From positions 1-36,808 of the forward strand of contig JAQGDQ010001516.1 in NCBI GenBank assembly GCA_030141605.1: a stretch of 36,808 bases of DNA. Direction: 5' to 3'. Shown one piece after another: positions 1-11,829 of the stretch. Source of the stretch: Tubiluchus corallicola (taxonomy: Eukaryota > Animalia > Priapulida). How positions within the stretch are numbered: the first letter of the stretch is position 1; each line of letters opens with the position of its first letter. The notes below the pieces were generated by a model that saw only the letters and a list, made by a program, of their open reading frames with translations, did no database searches and was not told where the DNA came from. The position numbers were made by a program, and so were the translations under genes.

Positions 1-243
1 AAATACTTTCATTATTACAAAGAGTTCTATTTGAACTTTGCTTTGTCTGTGGTTTGTTAAAAATCCTTATTCTCCAAAAGCTTTGCACTGGTGTTATAAT
101 CTATATATGAATTAATAATAAAGTTATAATAATATAATATATTAACATTATTAATATAATTACATAATAAACACAAATGCTGCTGGCATAACTACTCAAA
201 GCAATTACTGATAGATTATTGACCAAATGAGATCGGTTACATC

Positions 244-530
244 CAGGGCCTATTTCAGGGGGGGAAGTGGGGATACTTCCCCGGGGCGTCACCCTCCAGT
301 GATATGACTATTTGACAAGTATTAAGGACTGGTCTTGAGAATAAAGCAGTTTTTCTTTCAATTGTTCTTTCCTTTAACAACTGTATAATTCCATATTTTC
401 TCTTCGAAAATGCTTCTCCGGCGTTCTAGCAGTTCAAAAATTTTCTGGGCGCCAACCATGATGCCCCCCCCCCCAAGGGGCCTCACACGCCCCACTTCCC
501 CGGGCCTTGCTTAGGCTGAAATAGGCCCTG
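244..530. mobile_element. Non-autonomous hAT element (MITE family A)
   Basis: 15-bp TIR CAGGGCCTATTTCAG...CTGAAATAGGCCCTG; perfect 8-bp TSD GTTACATC (236-243, 531-538). Confidence 0.92.
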
Positions 531-794
531 GTTACATCTCTTTAACCTGTTTCACAACAAACGCTTTGCAAACTGATTTATCTCTTCCAAGTATGAAGAG
601 AGAGAGAAAATATCAGCTGTCGGTCTACTACATTTGCGTGCTCAACAAAACAGTGCAAGGGAGAAGCCACCCATTAACTATGTAGGTAATATTACAGACA
701 AAAAACCCATTATGAGACATTGTTTACCCTTGATGTCGGTATCATCAGTTACTAAGTTTCTAAGCCCACTTGCCAAATTGTAGATCAAAGTCAT

Positions 795-943
<149 letters not shown>

Positions 944-1351
944 ATACCCATTACATCTACTGTAGACATTGGGCAGGTAGAATTCTTGAATAAAAGAACA
1001 CTGCCTTCAAGGCAGGTAAACACAGACGTAATCCAGTGAAAGACTAGACAATGCTCCGCCAGTCTGCGCCAGGAATAGGTTACTTTCTCCTGACGTCATG
1101 CGCAACAAGGTATTCTTTAGCAGTTTTATCTTTAGATAGGTATAGTTTATTCTTTAAGGAAACAGTCCACGTAAGATTTCATAACAGCATAACTTTTTTT
1201 AGTGCTACTAGAACAAAAATTTACAATGAAATTTACAGAATTTTATGATATTTTTAAAAACACTGTACTGCCATAAGACATAATAAGTCACGGATGATAA
1301 AAAAATTTAATATGGTTTTGTTAATAGAATGTATGCTTTTGCTATACAGTA

Positions 1352-1680
1352 AGTAAAGAGGACCTGTTAAACTATGTTAAAAGCGTTAGATTATGATAAA
1401 TACTGGCATGAAGCCCAGTTAAGGAGTGGTGTCACTTGAGCAAGTGATTCAGAATTTATGCGTCGAAGCTCACCACGATATATAAGCCCAGTAATGCGCC
1501 CAACTCAGTAGATTGAGTCTGGAGCCGAAGCAGAGCAAGCTAGATCAGGGGGCTTGGCATTACTATCTGTTATATTTATTGTGTTTGATGTTTAATAAAC
1601 GTGTAGTTTTATAATCAGACTCTTCATAGTTTAGCCATCTCTAAAACACCAATAATCAGTTTTACACAACCAATACAACG
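1352..1680 (+). mobile_element. LTR-like dispersed repeat, copy A (mirror 35116-35444)
   Basis: Diverged homolog of 20843-21193; GATATATAAG TATA, AATAAA, shared end caaccaatacaacg. Confidence 0.6.
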
Positions 1681-1853
1681 AATTATCTTACTCAGTATAT
1701 ACAGCAATTTTAATGGATCGGATTTACTCTGTTATATAAAGTGCTCGTTACCAAGATAAATGTTTTTTTTGTGTTTCGTTCGGTGCGCATTTTTAGAAAG
1801 AGAAATTGTGTTCCGCTTCTCCTATTAGTTCTCGTGGGGTAGTATGGGATCTC

Positions 1854-2137
1854 GTGTGTGTGTGTGTGTGTGTGTGTGCGTATGTGTATGTGTGTGTGTG
1901 TGAGAGAGAGCGAGTGAGTGTGAGAAAGAGAAAGAGTGAGAGAGAGAAAAAGAGAGAGTGAGTGAGAGAGATTGAATGAGAGAGAGAGTGTGTGTGTGTG
2001 TGTGAGAGAGAGCGAGAGAGAGCGAGAGTGACTGAGTGAGAGAGAGTGTGTGTATGTGTGTGTGCGTATGTGTGCGTGTGTGTGTGAGAGAGAGAGAGTG
2101 AGTGAGTGAGAGAGAAAGAGTGAGAGAAAGAGAGAGA
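1854..2137. repeat. Compound (TG)n/(GA)n microsatellite (mirror ~34659-34942)
   Basis: Directly visible. Confidence 0.95.
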
Positions 2138-2258
2138 TCAGATATTATGATTACGTGAATATGCTATTGCCAACGGCTATTTCACATATTAAGTTAACGA
2201 ACTATTATATTGACTGCTTTTTGTTTAAGTTCGTCATATTCTACACAGATAACAGAAA

Positions 2259-2582
2259 ATGGTAAAATTCTGTTCTGCCACCTTTGTCCTTGTTCTGATG
2301 ATACTGTCAACTACGGATGGCTGTCCAAAGAAAAAACCGCCGAAGCCGACGCCGAAGCCGATGCCTACTACTACTCGGGACCCCTACCGTATAGACACTT
2401 TGGTGGACATTCATATTGGACGTTGTACAAAAAAGACTTTTCCGGGGAGGTATGCAATAGAAGTGTGTGAGAGGTGCGCCCGCTCTCTGGCACTAAATAA
2501 CGGCAAAAATGGTAAGATAATATACAGAGCGTGTTGCAACAATTATGAGGTCAAGTCGTTCAATTGGTGTATCCACCATTAG
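2259..2582 (+). CDS. Secreted Pro/Lys/Thr-rich, Cys-rich small protein (107 aa), family unassigned, left-arm copy
   Basis: Signal-peptide-like MVKFCSATFVLVLMILSTTDG, then CPKKKPPKPTPKPMPTTTR and a C-x13-C-x2-C-x18-CC-x10-C domain. More GC-rich than the flanks; acceptor-like ttctacacag just upstream; AATAAA at 2865-2870. Confidence 0.75.
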   Translation: MVKFCSATFVLVLMILSTTDGCPKKKPPKPTPKPMPTTTRDPYRIDTLVDIHIGRCTKKTFPGRYAIEVCERCARSLALNNGKNGKIIYRACCNNYEVKSFNWCIHH

Positions 2583-3610
2583 AAGCAAACTGGTGCAGCG
2601 ACCGATGCAGCTGGACCCAATCCATCAGCAGCGCCACTACTGTCGCTGTTGCTGTTTGGCTTTGCAGTTATGAGAGTGAAACATTGCTACTAAGGTGGTG
2701 AAAGTACATCCATCTCTTTTACATGTTTCTATGCTCTACACACAAGAGTTCTACTTTGTACAATGAAATCAATGATTTGGAAATTGTTTTATATTTCTGA
2801 AAGAAACCTGTTTTATGCCCATCATTTAGCTCCCTTATCTGTGATATTTTTTGATATTTTTTTAAATAAAATACTAATATCTTGGTTTTATTTGTCTCGT
2901 TTTCGTCCTCGTTTTATCTGTCAACTTTAATTAATTTTATTTGAGTAGTTCATGTATATGTTGATGTTGACTGTACTACGTAGAATATAGAACATCATTG
3001 CTTTTTACTGATGCAAGATGGGTTGCTTCTGCTAAATGTAATAACAAGAGCTGATTATTTCTGCCCATTTAATAACGTATGGAACGTCAAAATGGAATTT
3101 GTTGCTTATTGTTGAATATTAATAAATCAGTTGTGAAACTTAAAAAATCATTTTTGCACATTAAAACGCCACGCATTTATTAATATTAGTTAATCATTTA
3201 TATACATTTAAAATTCATTTGTTAATATTAAAAATGATTTATAAACATTCAAAATTGATTTATTAAAACAGATATAAATGTTTTATTAATGTTAAAATTA
3301 AGCGTTAAAATCCACATTGACGTTCCATCAGAGGGTGATGTGATCTCGGTTTCTGTATGCAAGACTCTAGGTGAATTTTGAAACATTACCATATTTTTTA
3401 GCAATGAAAATGGCTTTCGAATTTGGTTTAAAGTTTTATAGCATTTCAAGTATAGGTTAAATAGTGAGAAATAGATTTGTCTAATACTTTTGAAGTCTGC
3501 TTCCTTGTAATATGAGGTGTGCCTTGCAAATTGTCTTAGTAAGAATGGACAAGACTGTTATAGTATGCACTTTCATAAACCTCCTAATAGCATTCTACTA
3601 CTATTAATAT

Positions 3611-3965
3611 TGTTACGGAGGCACCTGTGTCGGGTCAGGTGTAGTGACCTCTACACGCCCTGCTTCCACGTCAGCAGCGACTCACCCCTTTCTTGTAGGT
3701 CCAGACGTCTTGTTTGGGCCTACACGTGGTGTGAGAAGCCAGCTGACCTGGAATGCCAGTATAAAAGCGTGTAGAGGTCACTACAGCCTTGATTTCTGAC
3801 ACAGGTGCTCCTCGGGTGTAGTGCTGTTACTAGTGTAGAGTTAGTTAGTTATTTTTGTGCACGTGTATTTTTTGTTACTTATTTTTATTAGTGCTGTTAA
3901 TAAACTCCGTACAGAGTAGTTTTTGTGTATTTTGTTTTATGAGAGTTGGATGACACGCTATAACA
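3611..3965 (+). mobile_element. Solo-LTR-like element
   Basis: TGTTA...TAACA termini, TATAAAA at 3760-3766, AATAAA at 3899-3904; TSD not convincing. Confidence 0.65.
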
Positions 3966-4445
3966 GGTATAAGGTACTAGTTTGCAGACATTAATTTAGC
4001 TAATTAACATTAACATTTGTAATTAAGTATTGGTTGCACAACGATTATAAAATGGATCTTCATGATGCGAAATATCAGGACCGCCATGCCATCTTGGAGT
4101 TCGACCCCCCTGGGTCGAATTCAGTCCACTACAATGGATAATGTTGCATACTGCCATAGTATTACATTGGATGGATACAATCCAAATAAATTACTCATCA
4201 TCGAAATATAAATAAGCTTTTTCACAGTTCCAGCGATTGATGATGATCGTGAAAAGGTCAAATGCTAAGTGCAGCAGACAACGCATTGGAATGGGTGGTG
4301 TGGTGTGGTCTTGTGTTGCGGTGTGGCGTGGGGAGTGTGGTGTGGTGTGGGTAGTGTGTTGTGAGTGGAGCTGTGGGTTGGTGTGTGGTGTGGGTTATTG
4401 TTGTGAGTTCACGCGCAAAATTCTTTTTGCGTGCAGTTTGGCTAG

Positions 4446-5396
4446 TCTATATATTAGTTCTACTGGTATGTTATATATTTAGATTATTCCGAAATTCTGA
4501 CCAAACAGCCTGCAGGGAACATGTTCAAGCGGCGCCTGGTGGGACTCTCGGAAGAAGATATACGGTAGGATGTTCGCGTATTTTTGATTATAAGTGTATT
4601 TATATGCAAAATTTTTTGCGGGGCCTTTGCTAGTCTATATATTAATTCTATTGGTATGGGCTTAATATATGTTTATATATATATATAAGATTCGAGGCTA
4701 CAACTCCGACGACGGCACTATTAACGACGATCTATACATCAGTCGAAAGGTTTCGATCTAGAGTGTCGTGCCATTGGGGATTTATTTTTTTAATCGGGCC
4801 CACCGGGAGGAACGGGGGGCGAAAAACCTCCAAAAATGGCCATTTTTCGGCCGTTTTTTGCAAAAGTTATACGCCTGAAATCTGGGGAACGGGAACGGGC
4901 CATGGGTGGTACTGGCCACGGATAGATAGTCCGTTTAGCGGTGGGTGTGGTAGGCAAATTTAGAATTCGCGAGAGGGCCACGGCGTCCCGTAACGGGCGT
5001 TTTCTCGGACCTAACTCGCGATTTTTTCGAAATTTTGACCAAACAGCCTGCGGAAAAAACGTTCAAGCGGCGCCTGGTGGGACTCTCGGGAAGAAGATAT
5101 ATGGTTCTTTAGAAAGAGGAAGAACAGGGCTACAGGATGGTGTGGGCTATATTTTAGTACACGTCCACTAAAAGAAGTACTAACGAGTTAATTAGATGTT
5201 CTATTTTCGGCAATTTTCGCTTGGAAAACTGCTGACGCAAAGCCATTGTTGTGACGTCCATAATCTTGTAACTTTAATTCAGTAAAAGCTGCTGCACTGG
5301 CTTTGCGTTACGAAAACAAACACTAGGTAGAATGTTCGCGCATTGTTGTTTATAAGTGTATTTATAAGCAACATTTTTTTGCGGGGCCTTTGCTAG
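4446..5396 (+). mobile_element. Tandem non-autonomous Helitron-like elements (4446-4633 and 4634-5396), preceded by a third 3' end at 4442-4445
   Basis: Each unit starts TCTATATATTA and ends with a GCAAAA..TTTTGC-type hairpin followed by CTAG|T. The short unit is an internally deleted version of the long one. Confidence 0.7.
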
Positions 5397-5556
5397 TATT
5401 TATTATTATTATTATTGTGGTTGTTGTTATTGTTACTATTATTATTGTTGTTGTTATTATCATTATTATTATTATTATTATTAATATTATTGTGAATAAA
5501 ATCAATATTAATTATAACAATATAATAATAATTATTATAATAATATTATTATTATT
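5397..5556. repeat. (ATT)/(GTT) low-complexity tract (mirror ~31241-31400)
   Basis: Directly visible. Confidence 0.9.
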
Positions 5557-6172
5557 TCTCACGTTATGAACTCGTTGCACTTGTTCAACTGTGAACTATA
5601 AAATTTCACAATAATAGGGCAGCTTAGTGCTCGTTACACACGATACTGGTTTGCTTATTGTTATTGTCATATCGATTTTCACATTATTTATGCTGTCAAA
5701 CTGTAATGAGAAGACACTTCCCCAAAAACTAATTCAAGACACTGTCTTGGAAAAATATTGCCCAAATCATCGTCTATAATTTCATCTTTTATTGAGCAAA
5801 AAATCTCATCTGCAGTCATCTTCAATTATCAAAATTTCATTCAAGTATAATTCTGATTTTCTTTACTATTATCGGAATTAGCCTTACTATTGTCTTCGTT
5901 GGAATCATTATTCTTTAGTCTTACCATCTCTAGAGACTCCTAACACAATAGTCTGTCTTTACCTTTCCTCACTAGGCTCACGATGCTCTTATTATAGGCA
6001 GGAAAGATAAGGATTTGGTATTTTGTCAGAAGTCTCCAACAGTGATAAGACTAATGTACAAATTTTGGAAATCAAAATATTATTGGCAATCATAAGGATA
6101 TCCAAACGAAAAAGTCGTCGAAAAGAAAGATTTGCTGCGTGATTAAGAACTACTTTTTCAAACGCAATGCTA

Positions 6173-9100
6173 CTAAATTGGTCCGCCAAAGTTTTCCCAA
6201 GTTCGGATTTCATTGTATAATTGTTGACCTGGGCAGGCTGTAGCACCAGCGTCCCGATGACCATGCAGGGTGTAAGATGAACTTAGCTTGTTCTGAAAAA
6301 ATGAATACAGACATTTTGTTACGTAATATTAGGATATTATAATTATTATTGGTAGAAAAGGATATAATTAGGAAAAGTAGAGCTTCTTGGAACACCTCTA
6401 GTTGTCCACACCGTCAACCTGCAAGCTGTAAATCAGGGGTGTGCAAATTGCGGCCCGCCGAGAGCATTTGTGTGGCCCGCAGACAAGAGATTGTCAACCT
6501 AATGAAAGTGCGGCCCGGGCGATTAATTGAGTGTATCCAGCTGAAGTCCGTGCCGTGATCCCAAAGATAGTGCGGGTAGTTTTTTCTACTAGATCGGATG
6601 CCATTAACCCTTACAAGACGGTTGTAGCTTAATGTCACTGTACTACGCAGACTGTGTGATACACATTACTAATATGCATTGTAATGAAATTACCACTATC
6701 TGTCCTAAAAGTAGAAATATATGGTTTGTAATATAAATTTTAATAACTTCTAAAATAGTTCCTTGAGTGCAGTAGTAATGATGTACGCACGTCGGATGCA
6801 AAAAAATCGTTATTAGGCCTTTCTGCACTTGGCTCCTTGACCAAACAGCATGTGGCCTGCAGGAATTGTGGGAAAGTTTCATGTGGCCCGGCTAGTCAGA
6901 TAATTTGCACACCCCTGCTGTAAATACTTACCAGTTGAACAGCACAGTTTATCCATGTCTTTGCTGCATTAAGCATGTTAGATGGAGCGTTAACAGAGTC
7001 GTAATTTCCCATAAATGAGAGAGCAAGAGAATCGCTGTTGTGACCCGATGTATGAGCGCCAACTGTGTTCCATCCACGCCCTTCATAGATTTGACCATCG
7101 CCCCCTACCAACCAGCTGTAACCAATGTCGCACCAGCCTACAGAACAATTACACAAATAAACTGTCATGTTCTTGATTTTGTAGCCTAAATGAACTAACT
7201 ATTATGTGCTGTTCATGAGAATTACAAAGGTAAACATCGTATGTACATGGAAGCAAAAATTCGGCAAATAAAAATTGTTTAATAACATAGATGAATAAGA
7301 GGGTTTCAGCCATATAATAATTCAGAAAAGTCACAAAACACAGTAATGTTGTCCAATGAATCACATGTCCAGGGACATGATTCTGCTCACCTCCCTATGC
7401 CAGGACTTCCTACACGCTGCAATGCCCCAAGTGCACTTATTTCTAAGGATCAATGCTGAAGTGTTTAAATCTTTCTGTGCAAAATCGAAATATGTTGACA
7501 TTTGTCCTCCTGCAGGTTTTTTAGCTGGTTCTATGGCTTGTTGAAGAGCTATCTTCACTGGAATATCATCAGGTAGTCTAAGCATAGGCCCAATCCATCT
7601 TAAACGGCGTCAACTAAGGCTGAGAATATTCTAATTTTTGTTTCCAAAGAAATCTTTCTATTCTCAAAAACTTTTCTGAGTTTTGAGTAAGCTGATAATG
7701 CCATTAAGGACAGTAAGACCAACCACAACTACCGATGACTAGCAAATATATATGTGTGTGGTACGTAGATCTGTGGTTGATTTAAGTCGCAATGAACCTT
7801 TTCATAGTTTCATTGTGCGCATGTGCAGTTGCGGTAGATCAAAGATTAAGTGTACCACAGCAACGCGTCTTAACTACAATCGTCAGGTGACATATTGTTG
7901 TGGAGATCCACTAAAATATTCTATAGTTATAGTAGAACAATCTTCTTACCTTGTAGAAGTTTCAAGAACTTTCTATACGCGATGCGCGTAGTACTTTCTA
8001 GATTGTTCATTGCACTGATATATAAGGCGGAGCTGGTAGCTGGAGTGTGTTCTCATATTCTCAGATACACTTTCACGTTTCCAGATTTTCACTTTTGCTG
8101 TAAACATTTCACGTTCCTTCATACTTTTGTGTTGTAGAATTCTCGCATAATAAACTAGTTTAATTTGATGAAGTGTTTTCTTGTTTTCTCTACGAGCCGT
8201 CCGAGAGAAGCAAAACACAACATATGTACATGACGTGACATTGGATATCAAAAATACAGAGAAATGGGAGGTTGTGGGTGACAGGGCAGCATGGACTAAA
8301 GTGATTAGGAGGGTCGTGTCAGATGATGTGTGACTCCAGCTATGATGATGATGTGGGCAACGCAGAACATCAGTTCAGTAACTTCAGATATTTTACGTGG
8401 AATTTATTTAATTATGCATTAGTCTATGTGCAGAGTAATTAACTACCAGGATCTTGCTTGGAAACAAGAAAAAATGAATTATGTGAGGTCTTAACTAGCT
8501 GTTAAAATGGTTACTATTACAATAGCTTGGGTTGCGAGGCATTGTCAAGTGTACACAAATGCGTTGCCTGGTACACTTAACCTTTGACCTTCTAACGATC
8601 ATCATCAATCGTCGGAACTGTGAAAAGGCTTATTGTAATAAGGTAGTCTGATACGTGTAGGGTGTAACAGGGCTGTGCCATTGAATTTGTGCTGTGGTAG
8701 ACAGTGTCAGAGGTGTAAAAAAGTTAGCAACGCTAAAGTAACACTTAATACGTTTAACAAGATCTTCAAAATAGAATTTATTGCCAATCGGTTTTATACA
8801 AAACTCTTCATTATCAAGGCATCTAAAACATCGAAATTTACCAGAATTTAGAAACAACTTCGAAATACATTTCAGTAGTTAGTAGCCAAATGGTGTATGA
8901 TGTAAAACATACGCAATGTAATATGTGCATTGCATTGCGTACGCAATGCATTGTGGTGTGTTAAATAGCTTCATACCAATCACAATACGTAGTCTGTAAG
9001 GTAAACTGTTAGATTGTCTGCATATTATATCATTAATATTTAATTTAAGAGTTTACCTTAAGACCAGGTATTGTGATTAGCATGCAACTGTTTAACACAC

Positions 9101-11096
9101 TACAGGGCTGTTAAATTCTCATTCATCATTTGGCTGTTAACTAGAGAATTGTATTTCGAAGTTGTTTCAAAATTCTGGTAAATTTCTTTGTTTTATGTGC
9201 CTTGATACACTACTATCCATTATCAAGCTATCTAAAACATCGAAATTTACCAGAATTTAGAAACAACTTCGAAATACAATTCAGTAGTTAACAGCCAAAT
9301 GATGTATGATAATTTAACAGCGTTGTAGTGTGTTAAACAGTTGCATACTAATCACAATACGTTAGTAAACTGTTAAATTATCAGTAATTCGAAGTTGTTC
9401 CTAAATTCTGAAAAATTTCTTTGTTAAAACACGAGAAAAAGAGAAAATTATCAACCTTGTGAATTCATGTGGTAGTTTTGAATGTTTCTCATCTCAGCAG
9501 AGCACGCACTCTGCGTGTAGCAAACATTTCCAACTGTGTGGTGAATGAAAAACTTTCTAACTGGGGTTGACATCCAACTGGAACATGAAGGTGCCCTTGC
9601 TCCCCATTGTGCTCTTGTCACATAGTTACACTGGCCATTACCTGTAAACAAACAGAGCTGATATTACCATTGTGCTCTTGTCACATAGTTACACTGGTCA
9701 TTACCTATAAACAAACAGAGCTGACATTACCATTGTGTTCTTGTCACATAGTTACACTGGCTATTACCTGTAAACAAACAGAGCTGATATTACCATTGTG
9801 TTCTTGTCACATAGTTACACTGGCCATTACCTGTAAACAAACAGAGCTGACATTACCATTGTGCTCTTGTCACATAGTTACACTGGCCATTACCTGTAAA
9901 CAAACAGAGCTGATATTACCATTGTGCTCTTGTCACATAGTTACACTGGCCATTACCTGTAAACAAACAGAGCTGACATTACCATTGTGCTCTTGTCACA
10001 TAGTTACACTGGCCATTACCTGTAAACAAACAGAGCTGATATTACCATTGTGCTCTTGTCACATAGTTACACTGGCCATTACCTGTAAACAAACAGAGCT
10101 GATATTACCATTGTGCTCTTGTCACATAGTTACACTGACCATTACCTGTAAACAAACAGAGCTGATATTACCATTGTGCTCTTGTCACATAGTTACACTG
10201 ACCATTACCTGTAAACAAACAGAGCTGATATTACCATTGTGTTCTTGTCACATAGTTACACTGGCCATTACCTGTAAACAAACAGAGCTGATATTACCAC
10301 TGTGCTCTTGTCACATAGTTACACTGGCCATTACCTGTAAACAAACAGAGCTGATATTACCATTGTGCTCTTGTCACATAGTTACACTGGCCATTACCTG
10401 TAAATAAACAAAGCTGATATTACCATTAGTACTAAAAAGAGGAATATTATACTGCATGTACATTTAATTGTTTGTATGTATAATACTGCAGGTTACAAAC
10501 ATTAACTAACAACTGAGTGTGGGGAAAAACAAAAACACGCACAGGGAGAGGGAGAGAGAACGAGAGAGAAAGAAAGAAAGAAAGAAAGAACCGAGAAAGA
10601 GAAACAGACACAGAGAGAGGGGGGTGGGAGAAAAAGGAAAAGGAGAAAAAGAGAGAGAAGGGGATAGAAAAAGGAAAGAAAATAGTGGAACAAGAGAAAG
10701 TCAGAGAGAGAGAGAGAGTGAGAGAGAAAGAGAGATACAGAGAGAAGGAGATAGAAAAGGAAAGAAAAGAGTGGAACAAGAGAGAGTCAGAGGGAGAGGG
10801 AGGCAGGGAGGGAGTTAAAGAAAGAGAGAGAGAGAAAGAGAGACACAGAGAGAATATAGAGTGGGGGAAAGGGAAAAAGAAAAAAAGAGAGAATGACAGG
10901 GAGAGCGAGAGAAACAGACAGAGATAGAGAGAGAAAGAGAGAAAGAGCGAGAGATGGGAGAGAAAAACAGAGAAAGAACATAGAGAAGGAGAGAGAAAAT
11001 AGATAGAGAAAGAGAGTGGGAGAGAAGAGAGAGAACGAGAGAGAGAGAGAGAGAGGGGGGGAGAGAGACAGAGAGACTGTCAGAGATAGAGATAGA

Positions 11097-11139
<43 letters not shown>

Positions 11140-11169
11140 AGAGACAGAGAGACTGTCAGAGATAGAGAT

Positions 11170-11218
<49 letters not shown>

Positions 11219-11236
11219 AGAGACAGAGAGACTGTC

Positions 11237-11276
<40 letters not shown>

Positions 11277-11384
11277 AAGGAAGGAAAAAGAGCACGTGTT
11301 AAAACATAAGAAGGTCTGCAAGTACTTACAAAAGTCGATTGTAACGCAAACTGCGCACAAAAGAATAGCTATGGCTTTCAGCAT
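6173..11384 (-). CDS. PGRP: Short secreted PGRP amidase, 188 aa, 4 exons, left-arm copy
   Basis: Mirror exons 11330-11384, 9456-9641, 6932-7137, 6173-6292. No coding differences from the right-arm copy seen. Confidence 0.95.
6434..6917. mobile_element. Non-autonomous hAT (Charlie-like) element in PGRP intron 3, left-arm copy
   Basis: Mirror of 29880-30363. Confidence 0.92.
7352..7706 (-). mobile_element. Internally deleted copy of the same RTE fragment in PGRP intron 2
   Basis: Homologous to 14883-15400 with a ~180-bp internal deletion; encodes MLRLPDDIPVKIALQQAIEPAKKPAGG. Confidence 0.85.
8195..8353 (+). mobile_element. Degenerate 3' tip of a second RTE-like LINE (mirror 28444-28602)
   Basis: Reads TYVHDVTLDIKNTEKWEVVGDRAAWTKVIRRVVSDDV* followed by an atgatgatgatg tail; resembles the W....DR..W end of RTE ORF2. 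Confidence 0.45.
8810..9425. repeat. Foldback repeat cluster in PGRP intron 2; core hairpin 9068-9360 (mirror 27372-27987)
   Basis: ~140-bp imperfect stem (gtattgtgattag...ctaatcacaatac) with a 13-nt loop, plus an extra direct copy at ~8810-9010 and a partial inverted copy at ~9388-9425. Confidence 0.85.
9604..10427 (-). repeat. 63-bp minisatellite, 13 units, left-arm copy
   Basis: Mirror of 26370-27193; it produces the spurious 266-aa repetitive ORF. Confidence 0.97.
10541..11292. repeat. Purine-rich (GA)n low-complexity tract in PGRP intron 1 (mirror ~25505-26256)
   Basis: ~750 bp of near homopurine, with three higher-order gagacagagagactgtcagagata units. Confidence 0.95.
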
Positions 11385-11829
11385 GTTGATAGTATGGTAA
11401 CACGAAAAGAAGTACTTTTCTATCCTCAACTAAATATGTGGCCTAGCAAATTGAACATGAAGTTTTTACTAGGACTGCGGCCCATTTATATGAAACTGAA
11501 ATCACCTTGACATGTACAAATTGGTACAAAAAAATGACATGGTTCTTATGACAACTATTATTATCATCAAAATAATTACAGCTGTTGTGTTCCCACGATG
11601 GAACACGAAGACCTGCGTGAAACTAACAGGTGTTTAGCTTCAGTAAGATTTAGCATTATTGGCAAGTTATCAAAATTGGGTTTATAGAAAAAACTAGTTT
11701 TCATTTTTAAAGGCAGCGATGATGCTACATTAATGAGTAAAACGTAAAAATTTTGAGAATTCAGCAACTAAAGTTTCTCGGGCATAGGAGCCTCGCCCAA
11801 AAACGACGACACAGCAATGTGATTGTAAC

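Noticed and set aside
9607-10407. 266-aa Cys-rich repetitive ORF (and mirror 26390-27190)
   Set aside because: Antisense reading of the 63-bp intronic minisatellite; no ATG start; open only because 63 is divisible by 3 and that frame lacks stops.
9604-10427. Possible CRISPR-like array (26-nt plus 37-nt periodicity)
   Set aside because: Both parts are repeated, so there are no unique spacers; eukaryotic context and no cas genes.
10447-11295. Glu/Arg/Lys-rich and Leu/Ser/Phe-rich ORFs (and mirrors)
   Set aside because: Products of the GA/CT low-complexity tract in PGRP intron 1.
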